Source of the DNA: Camelus ferus
Lineage: Eukaryota
DNA: 64,000 nucleotides
Reading direction: 5' to 3'
Assembly (NCBI RefSeq): GCF_009834535.1
Contig: NC_045714.1
Span: 40,982,001 to 41,046,000 of the forward strand
The notes beneath the pieces were generated by a model that saw only the letters and a program-made list of their open reading frames with translations, was not told the origin of the DNA and did no database searches. Positions 11,313 to 23,294 of this stretch are shown piece by piece (the first letter of the stretch is position 1; every line of letters starts with the position of its first letter). Both the position numbers and the translations under genes were made by a program.

Positions 11313-11750
11313 CCATTCTGTAGGTTTCCTTTGCTGTGCAAAAGCTCTTCAGTTCATGTGACGTGGTCCCATCTGTCTAATTCTGCTTTTGTTGTTTGTA
11401 CTTTTGGTGTCACATCCAAGAAGTCATCACCAAGTCCAATATCATGATACTTTCCCCCTATGTTTTCTTTTACAAGTTTTAAATTTCCACATCTTGTGTT
11501 TAAATACTTAATCCATTTTGGGTTGACAGTTGTGTCTGGTGTAAGACAAGGGTCCAGTTTCATTCTTTTGCATGTGGATGTCCAGTTTTCCCAGCACTAT
11601 TTGTTCAAAAGACTGATTTTTCCCCTAGGGATGAGCTTCCCTAAATGATTCTTGTTGAAGATCATTTAACCAGATGTGCTTGGGTTTCTTTCTGGACTCT
11701 CTACTTCTGTTCCATTGGTCTATGGGCCTGTTTTTATGACAGTCCATCCC
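11313..11750 (-). mobile_element. L1 ORF2 fragment (inverted 5' part of a twin-primed L1)
   Basis: Minus-strand ORF MKLDPCLTPDTTVNPKWIKYLNTR...KENIGGKYHDIGLGDDFLDVTPKVQTTKAELDRWD matches the L1 ORF2 C-terminal region. Confidence 0.92.
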
Positions 11751-11754
11751 GTTT

Positions 11755-12682
11755 TAAATGTGAGAAAATATTTTCAAACCATAATCTGATATGAAATTAA
11801 TATCCAAAAAAAAGACACTCCTACAAATCAATAGCCNNNNNNNNNNNNNNNNNNNNNNNNNNNNNNNNNNNNNNNNNNNNNNNNNNNNNNNNNNNNNNNN
11901 NNNNNNNNNNNNNNNNNNNNNNNNNNNNNNNNNNNNNNNNNNNNNNNNNNNNNNNNNNNNNNNNNNNNNNNNNNNNNNNNNNNNNNNNNNNNNNNNNNNN
12001 NNNNNNNTATTAAAAAAAAACAAACCCCAAAGATAAGTGTTGGTGAGGCTGTGGAGAAATTGGAATGCTTGCATGCTGTTGGTGAGAATGCCAAATGGTA
12101 CAGCTGCTATGGAAAATGGTATGACAGTTCTTCAAAAAGTTAAAAATAGAATTATCATATGATCTAGCCATCCCACTTCTGGGTATTTATCTAAAACAAC
12201 TGAAGTTGGATCTCAGAGAGATATCTGCACTCTCCCATTCACTATAGCCAAGCAATAGAAACAGCCTAAATGTCCATCGACAGATAGATAAAGATGCGGC
12301 GTGTACATACAATGGAGTATTATTTGGCTTCAAAAAATGAAGAAATTCCTGCCCTATGTGACAACATGGACCAACCTCAAGGATGTTACGTGAAGTGGCA
12401 TAAGCCAGTCACAGAAGGACAAATGCTGCATGACTCCACTTACATGAAGAATCTCCCGTAGTAAAAGCCATAGGAATGAGAGGAGAGCGGTGGTTTGCCA
12501 GGGGCTGAGGGGAGGGGACAATAGAGAGCTGCTGCTTAATGGGTATAAATTCCAGCTTTGCAAGATGAGTAAGGTCCATATAGCTGTACAGCACTGTGCC
12601 TGTAGTTAATAGTACTGTGTTGTACACTTAAATATTTGTTAAGAGGGTGGATGTCATGGTAAGTGTTCTGATCACAATAAAA
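11755..12682 (+). mobile_element. L1 3' part (L1MA/MB-type), spans an N gap
   Basis: gagaaaatattttcaaacc...gtgttggtgaggctgtggagaaattggaa...gttaagagggtggatgtcatggtaagtgttctgatcacaataaaa. Confidence 0.92.
11837..12007. other. Assembly gap (171 N) inside an L1
   Basis: N run. Confidence 1.
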
Positions 12683-12699
12683 CAGGAAAGAAGTGCTTG

Positions 12700-12802
12700 A
12701 AGATACATACTACTGTATATAAAATAGATAAACAACAAGGTCCTACTGTGTAGCACAATACCTTGTAATGGCCTAAAATGAAAAAGAATATGAAAAGGAA
12801 TT

Positions 12803-12836
<34 letters not shown>

Positions 12837-12910
12837 AATGAATCACTGTTCACCAGAAATTAACACAACATTGTACATCAACTATACTTCAGTTAAAGAA
12901 AAAAGAATCT
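12700..12910 (+). mobile_element. Young L1 3' end fragment
   Basis: tatataaaatagataaacaacaaggtcctactgtgtagcac...caactatacttcagttaaagaaaaaaa; internal (TA)n(CA)n; probable TSD 12687-12699 / 13271-13283. Confidence 0.88.
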
Positions 12911-12911
12911 A

Positions 12912-13270
12912 AAAGAAAAACACAAGAGAACTTATTTACAAAACAGAAACAGACTCACAGACATAGAAAACAAACTTATGGTTACGAGGGTGAAAAGGAA
13001 GTGGGAAAGGATAAATTGGGAGTTCAAGATTTGCAGATACTAACTACTATATATAAAATAGATAAACAACAAGTTTCTTCTGTAGAGCACAGGGAACTAT
13101 ATTCAATATCGTGTAGTAAGCTATCAGAAAAAGAATATGAAAATGAATATATGTATATATGTGTATGACTGAAATATTATGCTGTACACCAGAAATTGAC
13201 ACAACATTGTTCATTGATTATACTTCAACTAAAAAAAAAACAAACTCCGAAGTTAAAAAAAAGTTAAAAA
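12912..13270 (+). mobile_element. Young L1 3' end inserted in the tail of the preceding L1
   Basis: gaacttatttacaaaacagaaacagactcacagacatagaaaacaaacttatggttac...tatacttcaactaaaaaaaaaa. Confidence 0.92.
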
Positions 13271-13567
13271 AAAGAAATACTTGGTCGGGCTGGAGGGTCA
13301 CTGTCATTCCAGAACACGTGGAGATTCTTGCCTTCTAGGGAGAGAAATCTCATCTCAAATGTCTCTTTGGCTTTGGCGATTTCTTCCATCAACATGGCCT
13401 TAGCCGGTTCTCTCCTCTGTCTGCCAGGCAGGCCTGGCCCTCTGGCCCAGCAGCAGGGCACCGCTCAGGTGGGAGGCTCACTCCGCAGGCCCTCGGCTGA
13501 GCCCCCTCCCCGGGCCGGAGGTCTGAGTGAGCGCCCCCAGCCAGCCTCTGGCAGGACTGGCCCATTG

Positions 13568-13723
13568 NNNNNNNNNNNNNNNNNNNNNNNNNNNNNNNNN
13601 NNNNNNNNNNNNNNNNNNNNNNNNNNNNNNNNNNNNNNNNNNNNNNNNNNNNNNNNNNNNNNNNNNNNNNNNNNNNNNNNNNNNNNNNNNNNNNNNNNNN
13701 NNNNNNNNNNNNNNNNNNNNNNN
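13568..13723. other. Assembly gap (156 N) in GC-rich unique sequence
   Basis: N run. Confidence 1.
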
Positions 13724-14224
13724 CAACACCGTGGAGAAGGGCAGGAATCCGGCTTCCCGAGAGCACATTTACCGCATAAGAACCTTTATTAGCGGAGAGT
13801 CATTGATTTTTCTTTTTTTCCAGGTCATAGCCCCTTCACCATCCTTTAAATAAAAGAGTATCGCAAAGTTATTGTGGAAGAGAGACTCTGTGAGGCCAGG
13901 GTCATGGGGTGCTGGCTAGTCTTCGGGTCTGACAACCCCTGTACCATCCACAAGCTTCAGCCAGTGCGCTGGGAATGGTCACATGAAAATCCCGGAGAAG
14001 GTCTAGTTTGGGTGGATTATCGGGTGGTAGACAAGGGCCAAAGGGAAGATTAAGTCCAGAGAGAAAGCAATTGAATAGCATTAAAAAAAAATTAGAGATG
14101 GTTAGAGTTTAGCCACAGAATTATGCATACAAAATCAAGACCGTGAGAATTACAAATCAAATCTCTCCGGAAGCTCCTGTGTTTAGACTCCAGATAATGG
14201 TCGTCGGGATTTTATTCTTAGGAC

Positions 14225-14575
14225 CTCGAAAGTCCCTGAAGGTTTTGGAGCAAGGCAATTCCAGGATATCATCTTTGCTTCAAGGGGCTTAATCAGACAG
14301 TGGAACGTAAAATGAATTTGAGGAGCGTCCAAGGTGGGAATGGAAGCCACAAACCAGGACGTCAGTTAAAGGCTGGGGCTACAGCCTAGGTACATGGCAA
14401 CAAGAGCCCAAAGTGAAGTGGTGAAACGGTACAATTGGTGAGGTGGAGACGGGTGAAGCCAGAAGGGGGCAGTCGGAGGCGACTCAGGGGTTTTGTCAAC
14501 TGCAGAAGGAATTTAAAGCGGAGCCTGAGCAGAGAGTTTAAAGAGCTGAGTTTGGTGCAAGCTCATTTGAAAAAT
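14225..14575 (-). mobile_element. L2 fragment
   Basis: gaaggttttggagcaaggcaattccaggat...gagctgagtttggtgcaag: antisense L2 pattern. Confidence 0.55.
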
Positions 14576-14579
14576 CAAA

Positions 14580-15620
14580 GAAACACACACATACATTTGT
14601 TACTACAAAAGGAATGCAGATAAATTGCAGAAAAATTGGAAAAATAGAGACCGACATAATAAAAAAATAAAAACCGTCTTCAATCCCACCACCGTGATTT
14701 GCCTCTGTAATTGTTAATATATTTAGGTATGTTTCCTTTCAGGTAGATGAATAAATGAATATGCCTGTAAGGTTTCTTCAAAAATTAAACAAAAAAATTT
14801 TTTTTTAACAGAGGTAACGGGGATTGAACCCAAGACCTCATGCATGCTAAGCACATGCTCTGCCACTGAACTATATCCCTCACCACCAAAAATGTGATTC
14901 TTTACGTGTACATATTACCTTCTCATCTGGATGCACCAAAATTGATCTAGCTGTCTGCCTACTGTTGGACTTTTCACCTGATTTATAGTTTCTCCATACT
15001 ATAAATAATACTGTGCTGAACATCCTGCTGTATACATCTTTGTTTGCATCGCTGATAAATTTCTGAAGTAAAATTATTGAGTTAAAGGTTATAATCTTTT
15101 TAGAGGCTCTTAATTCATATTGTCAAATGCTCCCCAGACGCTGATACAGTGTCTGTGAGTGTTCATTTCATAACCCATTCATTAACCACAGGATTATTTT
15201 GATGTTTTAAATCTTTGCCAATTTCATAGTGAAAAAGCAGGATATACCGCTATTTCTGAAATTACTCACTTCTTTGATTACTCATACTTTTATAATAATT
15301 TTGGGTGTGCTTATTGGTCATTTTTGATTTCTCTCTTTATGAGAACTGTATCTTTTGTCCATATTTCTATTGGAGAGATAACTTTTTCACTTACTGATTT
15401 ATAACAAGTTTTTATATTGAAGCTACGAATGCTTTGTTTGCCACACATGTTGGAGTTTTTTTCTTTCTTTCTTTTTTTTTTTTTTTGCTATTTCTTATTT
15501 ACCTTTCAAAGTTTTATACGGTGTTTCGGACAAGTAGAAAATTTGAAGTTTTTTTATAGTCATGGCTATTGATCTTTTCCTCTTTTTTTTTTTTTTTTTC
15601 TTTTCTGTTAACACTTTGAA
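14580..15620 (-). mobile_element. Old L1 (L1ME-type) 3' region
   Basis: AT-rich antisense L1 (ctactgttggacttttcac...actgtgctgaacatcctgc...tttgccaatttcatagtgaaaa). Confidence 0.65.
14798..14882 (-). mobile_element. Vic-1-like tRNA-derived SINE (short form)
   Basis: Reverse complement reads gagggatatagttcagtggcagagcatgtgcttagcatgcatgaggtcttgggttcaatcccc, then an A tail. Confidence 0.85.
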
Positions 15621-15711
15621 AATCCTTCTCAGGACCAGATCAGATAAATGTTTATCTTCTAATTCCTTGGGATTTTCTATCTTTCATTTATTTCCTTCAT
15701 TGAGGTATCAG

Positions 15712-15950
15712 ACTATGTGATCATGAATGCAGGCTCTGAAGTTAGATGGATTTGAATTTGGATGCTGGGTCCCCTACCTACTAGCTATGTCATCTTCAAC
15801 AAGTTACTTAACCTCTTTGAAACCCATTTTTCAAATCTGCAATGGGGCTGGTATTTATCTCATTAATTCGTTGTGAGAATTGTGGGAGATATTGCATGCA
15901 TAGTGTCTGGCACATTACATGGCCGATAGCAGACATTCAAGGTTAAATAG
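15712..15950 (+). mobile_element. MIR SINE
   Basis: gcaggctctgaagttagatggatttgaat...ctagctatgtcatcttcaacaagttacttaacctct. Confidence 0.8.
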
Positions 15951-15974
15951 TAGATCTCTGTTAAGTGTGTACAA

Positions 15975-16090
15975 TTTTGATCTCTTTGACAGCTAAGACC
16001 ATGTCCTGTTAATCGCCACAGTGCGTGTCTCCCTAAGGACATGTCTTAAAATACGTTCTCAGTGAATGTTGGATGAACGAATGAATGTAT
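15975..16090 (+). mobile_element. L2 3' end
   Basis: gaccatgtcctgtt...ctcagtgaatgttggatgaacgaatgaatg. Confidence 0.5.
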
Positions 16091-16559
16091 GAAGTGACAT
16101 TAACAGATAGCTTTTCATACGTTGTGAAGGCAAATGGATACCCGCTCTTGAGAATCCACTTTAAGATACTGAACCCATTTAGAAACGACCAGAAAGGCAA
16201 TATGTGTGTCTCTAATGTAGAGGAAACCCTTTCCCTCCCACCTCGTCCCAAACAAATGACCATTGTTTTTTCATTAGCCACAGCTCACCACTCAGGACTG
16301 TGGGTCTGTTCAGTCACCTCCGACCCCTGACATCTGGCCCTGACCCATGCATACAGGCCGTTGCCCATAGAGAATTTAAAGAGCCGGTAGGGCCCTTTAA
16401 GTTCATTTGGTTGTCGAGACTTCCAGCATTTGTGTTTTAGCTGTCAAACAAGTTTTTCCTAAAGAATGTTATCTTGGAAGTCCAGTATGCAAAACAGACC
16501 AATGCAGAGATGCGATTGTTAAAAGTTAGGGTGAGGAGGCTGTACTCTTTCTGCTGGGG

Positions 16560-16915
16560 GGCTTTGCACATGCCGTTCCTTCTGACTGGAATACAATTCC
16601 ATCCTCCTCATCCCAATTACCTACTTAAGTATTACTTTTTCTTTTAGGTCCTTGCTGAAATAACACCTCCTCCAGGAAGCCTTCCCTGCCTTTCACTGAC
16701 TAGATCAGCTTCCCCTGCTATATATTCATAGCCCCATGTGCCTGTCTTTACTAGCACACACCTCAGTTGTAAATTTCCATCTGTTGATGTTCATTTTCTC
16801 CTACGAGGCTATGAGCAAAACAGGGGCAAGGCTATGATGGTGTTCACCATTGTATCTCAAGCACTGACTGCAAAGCTTGGCGCATAGTAAGTGTTCATTT
16901 AATATTTGATGCCTT
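16560..16915 (+). mobile_element. L2 3' region
   Basis: ttgcacatgccgttccttctgactggaatac...acctcctccaggaagccttccctg...ggcgcatagtaagtgttcatttaatatttg. Confidence 0.8.
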
Positions 16916-18429
16916 ACTAAAACTGCATCTGATCCAACCCCTTCCTTTCCCAGATGGAAGAAATATTTACTGTGTCCACTACGTGCTAGAAATTCTTCTG
17001 GGTACTGACAATACACCTGTGAAGGAGGCAGATGTGCTCCCCGCCCTCAAAGAGAACCCCTCTAGTTGCCATGACAGGCAACCAATGAGGAAGAATCGTT
17101 CATTTCGATGGTGATAAATGTGCCAGACTTCCATGTAATATTTCACTGGAAGAACAAGTTATCTTGTTGAAAAATAACTGGCAAGTTTCTAGGCCAGCAC
17201 ATTTTGTTGGTGATCAACTCAGCGGTTAAGAGTGGTACTTGGAATCCCATCTTGGTGCTTCATGCAGGACGGGAGACTTGTCTCCTCCAGGGCCCAATCA
17301 TCTTGGTAGGATGAAAATTTAATTACCTTCTGAGGAGTCCTGGGTGGTGAACCCATGCCTCCCCCAAGTTGCCAACTGGGGCACCCACTAGGCTTGTTTT
17401 AACATCTGGATAAGAATTCACGTTCCTTGAGAGATCACCAGAACTAAGCTAGCACAATCAGTTGCCACATGCCCCTTCTCTCCTCTGGTTACTTCTAGGC
17501 AGGCAGCTGTTCTGGAGGCAAGGAAGGCCCTTTAGTGACTGCCTAGGGCACTTGAAAGCAAGTCCAGACTCCTCACTGTGACCCACGAAGCCTGAGTGGA
17601 CCTTCCCCGTCTCCCTGCCCATCTTCCTTCTGTTTCACGCTCACATGTTGCAGATGTCGGTTTCAGGTCTCGTTAGAACTGTTTCCAGTTGCCAGTCGGA
17701 GAGGCACTGAGTGATGCACGGTCCCTAAGTGCTGTTAGGGTCTGTGACATTGATTTAATACCAGCCCTCTCCCCATTTGGAGCCTCTCTTCTTCCATTCC
17801 TTCTAGACATGGCTGGGCTGATGCTTTTAGCTTGGCGGGCTCTGATGCCAGCTCCGGCTGGGCCACCCTGGGACCCAGCCCCATCAGAGTGCTCCAGAGG
17901 GTGTGAGAGCCCCAGCAGAGCACTCCTCATCCTACCTTCAGCTGCTCCAGGCTGCCAGTGCCAGCGGAGGACGGGCCCCCTCCTGCCTCTGCTTGTTTCC
18001 CTTGACTGTTACGTAATGTTCGGCAGCAGGGGGTAAATTCCTCTCCAATTTCCAGGCCGGTTACAGTGCATGAACCCCACCATGGGGAGCCACAGTGATT
18101 GAGCTCCGCAGCCAGGTCCCATGCTGAGTGTCATCAATCAGGCCTATTACCCGCTCCTCCTGGCAGATGCCACCGCCAGGAACCTGCTCACTCTGCCCGG
18201 GAGACCCGGCCACCTTTGCACACAGTAAACCAGGGCTGGCCTAGCCACTGCGAATTTGGGGGCTCTACATGACTTTGTGGCTGGGAGGTGCCTGGAATAT
18301 TATTCTGAAGGGGCAGGAGGTTATATGTCCCTTGCTGGTACATCTCATCCCTGAGGTCCTGCTGCCAGAGGCCCTAGGAGCAAAATCAGGGCATGCTCAC
18401 CTGCTCCCCAGATTGTCTGGGATGATGGC

Positions 18430-18625
18430 CTTCTGTGTGCATTTCTATACACATAAGAACTTCTGGAGGACTTGTTAAAAACACCCATTTCCCAGCTGCA
18501 TCCCCAGAGATCCCAATGCAGTAGGTCCTCCTTGGGATGAGGGAATTGGCATCTTTACAACTTTCCCGGTGACCCTGATGCAGGTGGTTCCTGCACCATC
18601 CTCGGAGCAGGGGTGCTTTAAGACC
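18430..18625. mobile_element. MER5A MITE
   Basis: ctggaggacttgttaaaaacacccatttcccag...atctttacaactttcccggtgaccctgatgcagg. Confidence 0.7.
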
Positions 18626-19404
18626 AACGGTGTTCTCCAAGCAATGCCTGTAAAATGAATGCCTATAAATCGCTTCCTTCTTTTCCATTTCCTTCTATCA
18701 TTTCGCTGAAGATGTGTTTCCCTGGGGAAGAAGATGTGGGCTTCAAAAATCGATGGCAATCACACTGAAGAATGAAGCAAATCTCTGACTATGACATATT
18801 TAATGGGCAATAATAATGCTAATAGTCGGGGGGAGAGTGCCCCAGTAGGATGTTCTGCTGCTAATTAAAGTGCTACGTGGGCGTCTCCACTCTTGCCTCT
18901 CCTTGGCTCTAACTGAATGACTAGAGTGACTCTCTGCTCTGCGCAGACTGGGCCAGTCCCAGTTTACAAAGGTAGTCTTGGTGCAGTTGTCAATAATCCC
19001 CCACTTTGATTCTCAAAAGTCCCAGTTTGGACGATGAATTGTTACCCTGTCGATCACCGATGGGGATGTTTCCCTTGAGACCTTTCATTTTCTTCTGAAG
19101 GGGTCTACCTGGTGGGTGTCTCTAAAGGGTTTTGTTGAATTGACCCCAATTCTGGATTTCACACTAAAGTTCACCCTGACTCTGGGCTGGAATGAGTGGC
19201 AAAAGGACCTTTTTGGCCAGGTAGCTTTCCCCCTTCCTAGGAAGGAGAGCCCTCATCTGGTGACCAGAGTAACAGAGACAAAGAACTTTGAGGTCCAGGG
19301 CAACCTTCTTCGGGAGCTTAGTCCACACTTTGGGTGTCTGAGATAGGATTGCATTCAGCTGTCAAACATGAAAACACTCAGTAATAAACCCTAATCATCC
19401 CACA

Positions 19405-19640
19405 AAGACAGTGACATAGGGGTTGGAGCGTTCTAGAGTCAGACAGAACTAGATTTGATTCCAGCACTGCCTTCTGTTGGATATGAGACTTTAAGCAGGT
19501 TAGCCATTTGGAGCCTCATTTTCCTCATCTGTAAAATGGGGATAGTAATCTTCAACCCAGTAGAGGGCTTGAGATTATGTTTGTCAAGAGTGAAGAACTG
19601 ACATGTAATCAGTTAAAGTGGTGGCAGTTAATATAATCAT
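19405..19640 (+). mobile_element. MIR SINE
   Basis: ctagagtcagacagaactagatttgattccagcactgcc...ggagcctcattttcctcatctgtaaaatggggatagtaat. Confidence 0.85.
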
Positions 19641-20311
19641 CATTGTAATGATAATATTACAAAATGAGGATTAATATTCTAAAAGTGTCTCCCAAAATAT
19701 TTTGGGGGAGTAACATTTAGTTTATGAATTTATTTATGAATTTTTCCCCTAGAACTTGTCACGCAGGTTAAGCTATGAGGCTTCCTAACATTTGCCCTAC
19801 ATGTGTGTGCAGGATGTGCCTTATTCCGTGCAACCCAATGATGTATCTGAGACATCTTGCCTTGGCTCCTACCCATCTGCTCTTCCAGAGCAGCCCTTTC
19901 CCTGGGGATGCCCTTTTCAAATATAAATGCAAACCAAGCAATTCAGAGCCCACACCCACCTCGCTCTATTTTATCAGACTCTCTACTCCAGGTCACTATC
20001 TACCTGCCTTAATCATCCCAGTGCTGGGTACCAGGAAACTAGGGACAGCCCTACCCAGGGCTTTGTTCCTTCTTTCTCCTTTCCTTTCATCTTGTCATCT
20101 TTCTTCTGCCCCTTGCTTTCACCCCAAGGCACCCCTGATTTGGCACCTACCTACCCATGAAGGTTCTGATGGTCCTAGAACAAGGTTCCTATCTTGGATA
20201 ATCACTTTGCCTCCTTGGGACTCTGGTTTCACCTTCTATAAATTGGGGAGAGGGTTGGCACTGGACCATGTCAGATTATCCAGCTTGGCTTTATTTCTGG
20301 AGAGTGTGCAT

Positions 20312-20490
20312 CTTCCACACAATGGAATACTATACAGCAACAAAAATGAACTATTTACAGCTACACCTGCAACACGATGTTGACAAAAGATACCCAGACA
20401 CAAAAGAGTGCGTACGGAATGATTACCTTTACATGGGATTAAAATACAGGCAAGATGAGTCTGTGGTGTTAGAAATCAGGATAGGTCAAC
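20312..20490 (+). mobile_element. Old L1 3'UTR fragment
   Basis: ccacacaatggaatactatacagcaacaaaaatgaac...gtctgtggtgttagaaatcaggatag. Confidence 0.75.
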
Positions 20491-20703
20491 CCCTTGCTAA
20501 GGGGTTTTTCAAAGCCCCAGTTAAGACTTTTCCTTCATGCTTCATGTTGGGAATTCAGCAAAGGAGACTAAAACAGATCCAGGCAGCACCCGGCCACAGC
20601 TCAGGCCACAGTAGACAGAAGCTGAAGGAGTCCCCTTACTCTCAGTGCACTTTCTTATTAAGCTGCAGCTTCAGTTTCGCAATGGAATTATTTTTTTTTT
20701 GTC

Positions 20704-20892
20704 NNNNNNNNNNNNNNNNNNNNNNNNNNNNNNNNNNNNNNNNNNNNNNNNNNNNNNNNNNNNNNNNNNNNNNNNNNNNNNNNNNNNNNNNNNNNNNNNN
20801 NNNNNNNNNNNNNNNNNNNNNNNNNNNNNNNNNNNNNNNNNNNNNNNNNNNNNNNNNNNNNNNNNNNNNNNNNNNNNNNNNNNNNNNNNNNN
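20704..20892. other. Assembly gap (189 N)
   Basis: N run following a T tract. Confidence 1.
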
Positions 20893-21244
20893 CGGGAGTT
20901 TGACTCTGCAGGGCATCCCACCAAACTCTGAGCATACATACAGTTTTCCCTTTGGCTGGGGGAAGAGCCATGGTGAGGGTCTGACCTAGTGTAGAACTAA
21001 GCCTCAAGGTGCAGCAGCCTCATGAGTGTCCATTGTGGGCCGACCTGCAGCCTCTCGGGCTGACTCTGGGCATTTGTGTAATCAGCCAGGGAGGAACAAG
21101 GACCAGCTGCAGTTGCTTCTCTGTTGAAAGGATGGATGAGCTAATGGTTGGGTACTGTGTCTTCTCATTCCTCCTTATCCTAGGCAGAGAGGGGTGGAGT
21201 TGGGGACTGAGAGGTGGGGAAAGTATAGAGGAACAGCATTTTGA

Positions 21245-21762
21245 CTTAGGTTCCACCCCGAGACAAGAATTCTGCTGACAAGGTTCCACTGAGACAAGAA
21301 TTTGGGTGCAGGTAATTAATTTGGCAGATGACCCCAGGACGTGAATGAAAAAGAAAGAAAGGGAGACAGGGGAGGAGGCAGAGTCATCGGTGATGTGGTA
21401 TTGATGGGCCATGGTTGTCAAAAACTGGGACTCCGTTCTGCAGGGACCCTCTCAAAGTTGTGTGTGGCTCTCTTCAGAACTGCTCACCCAAGAGCAAAGA
21501 GGCTGGGGCATTTACCAGTAGCTCCTGACCCTCATTGGCTGAGATCTGCTCCTTGCTGTCTTAATTCCCTGGCATCTCTGGCATTTCTGGACTGATCCAC
21601 ACGCTGGCTGAACATGTTTCCCAGGCAGTGTGTTGCCTCAGGCAGAAAGATACAGGTGTGCTTGATCTGGGAGCCTTCCCAGCGTATGGGGACTGTCCAG
21701 CGCCGCTGCAGGATCTCCGGGGGATCAGGGGGATGTGGGAGGTACCCTGACAGCATCTCCAC
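21245..21762 (-). mobile_element. ERVL LTR16-family solo LTR
   Basis: cttaggttcc...ctgagacaagaatttgggtgcaggtaattaatttggcagatgaccccagg (antisense 3' end) to gacagcatctccaca (antisense 5' end). Confidence 0.7.
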
Positions 21763-21904
21763 AGACCACCAAGGGTCAGTCCGGGGTGGGTTCTCTCCGC
21801 AGCCACCTTCCACCTTTAACTCCTGCCTCACAGAGTTCCTGCAGCCCGAGTCCTCTGTCCGCCTTGGACAGGACCTGGTCTTTCCCCAGACTGGCCCAGG
21901 AGGA

Positions 21905-22125
21905 GCAGTAATGAAGTTAACAGCACGGCGCCGAGTGCTTACTGAATGCAGCTGATCTTGCTTGTCTTCACAGCAGCCCTGGGAGTGAAGTAACTGTTGT
22001 CCTTATCTTGTAGGTGAGGGGGTGGAGATTGTACAACATGCAGAGCAGGAAATGAGAGATCTGGAATTCAAGTCAGCTTGCCTGACTCCAGAGCACAGAA
22101 TTCGGTTCTGAGCAGAATGGCTCCG
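21905..22125 (-). mobile_element. MIR SINE
   Basis: gtcttcacagcagccctgggagtgaag...ctggaattcaagtcagcttgcctgactccagagc. Confidence 0.65.
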
Positions 22126-22134
22126 AGCCATGCC

Positions 22135-22300
22135 ATCAGCCCAGTGTCTTGGCTTCATTCCTGTTAGTTCTGTGACCTGGAACGAGGAACTTAACCTCTC
22201 TGATCTCAGTCTCCTTGTCTGCTGGGGGAGAAGCACTAGCCCCTGCCCGATAGGCAATTGTGAGGATTAAGTGACATAATGGAACCTGGTTATTACATAG
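22135..22300 (+). mobile_element. MIR SINE
   Basis: tctgtgacctggaacgaggaacttaacctctctgatctcagtctcc...gcaattgtgaggattaagtgacataat. Confidence 0.75.
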
Positions 22301-22384
22301 TGATTTCAGTTAAAATTAATATATATGTCATCATCATTATCCACCTCTGGACTTCGTGGTCTTAGAATGATGGCTACTGTGCTG

Positions 22385-22848
22385 CGCCTGACCTATCTGT
22401 TTGTTTCATCCCGTGTCCTTCCCCCGCTCTCTTCTCTATTGCAGGGGGACTGACAGCTGCAGGCTGCCTTTTCCCGACTCATGCATCAAATTTCTTCTGG
22501 CTGGATTTAGCCAATAGGCGGTACCGATGGGCGATTGGAGGGTGGGCAGAAGGGAGAGGCCAGGGTACCACTCTCCCTCTCTGTCTCATGTGGCAGCGGC
22601 TGTGTTTTCTTGGTGGCTCCTGTTCTTATGGGACAATTTCCATTGGATGACCTTGGTCCCCAGGCTCCAGTCCTCCTCCCCCTGTCCCTCAGGCTGGTGG
22701 CAGCTTCCTACTGTTGTCAACCTGTAGGTTTCCTCGCTTTTAGTTTCTCAGTCCTTTCATCACCGGGGTAGCCAATTTCCCGGAATAAATTCTCTCTGTT
22801 TTAAACACTTAACTGGCTCGTTTTCCTGGTTAGACCTGGACTGATACA
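22385..22848 (+). mobile_element. ERVL LTR33/LTR41-group solo LTR
   Basis: ggatttagccaatagg...aataaattctctctgttttaaacactt...gacctggactgataca (characteristic end). Confidence 0.75.
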
Positions 22849-22930
22849 AACCCTTCAGCATGATAATGTCATTTCCATCACTGAGGGCACTTTGTGTTAA
22901 ACTGGCCAGGACAGATGTCAGAAGTTTTTT

Positions 22931-23072
22931 TTGTTTGTTTGTTTTGTTTTTTTTCCCCACCTGGGTAATTAGGTTTATTTCTTTACTTTCATGGATGTAC
23001 TAAGGATTGAACTCAGGACCTCATGCATGCTAAGCACGTGCTCTACCACTGAGTTATCCCCTCCCGCCATGG
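22931..23072 (-). mobile_element. Vic-1-like SINE (long form)
   Basis: Antisense tRNA-like head (ctctaccactgagttatcccctccc); TSD gaagtttttt at 22921-22930 and 23073-23082. Confidence 0.9.
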
Positions 23073-23294
23073 GAAGTTTTTTAAAAATTTATTAGTTCAG
23101 AATTAATTCAACCAAAATAACATCACAATCTACAAATAAATAGAAAGAAGAGGAGAACAGAGTTAACTGTGATGACGAAATGAGGATGAAATATAGAAAA
23201 GTATGGGGAGTAATATCAATCACCTTATGTACTCAGAACCCAGCTCTGTCAAACCCTAATATTTCCCATTTTGCTTATGATAAAATTAAAGACA

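Noticed and set aside
19775-20383. 202-aa plus-strand ORF
   Set aside because: L/P/S/F-biased composition typical of pyrimidine-rich non-coding DNA, its end runs into an L1 fragment, and no homology is recognised.
21250-21305. Short direct repeat ggttcca...gagacaagaatt
   Set aside because: A small slippage duplication within the end of an LTR16-family element; not an array or CRISPR-like structure.
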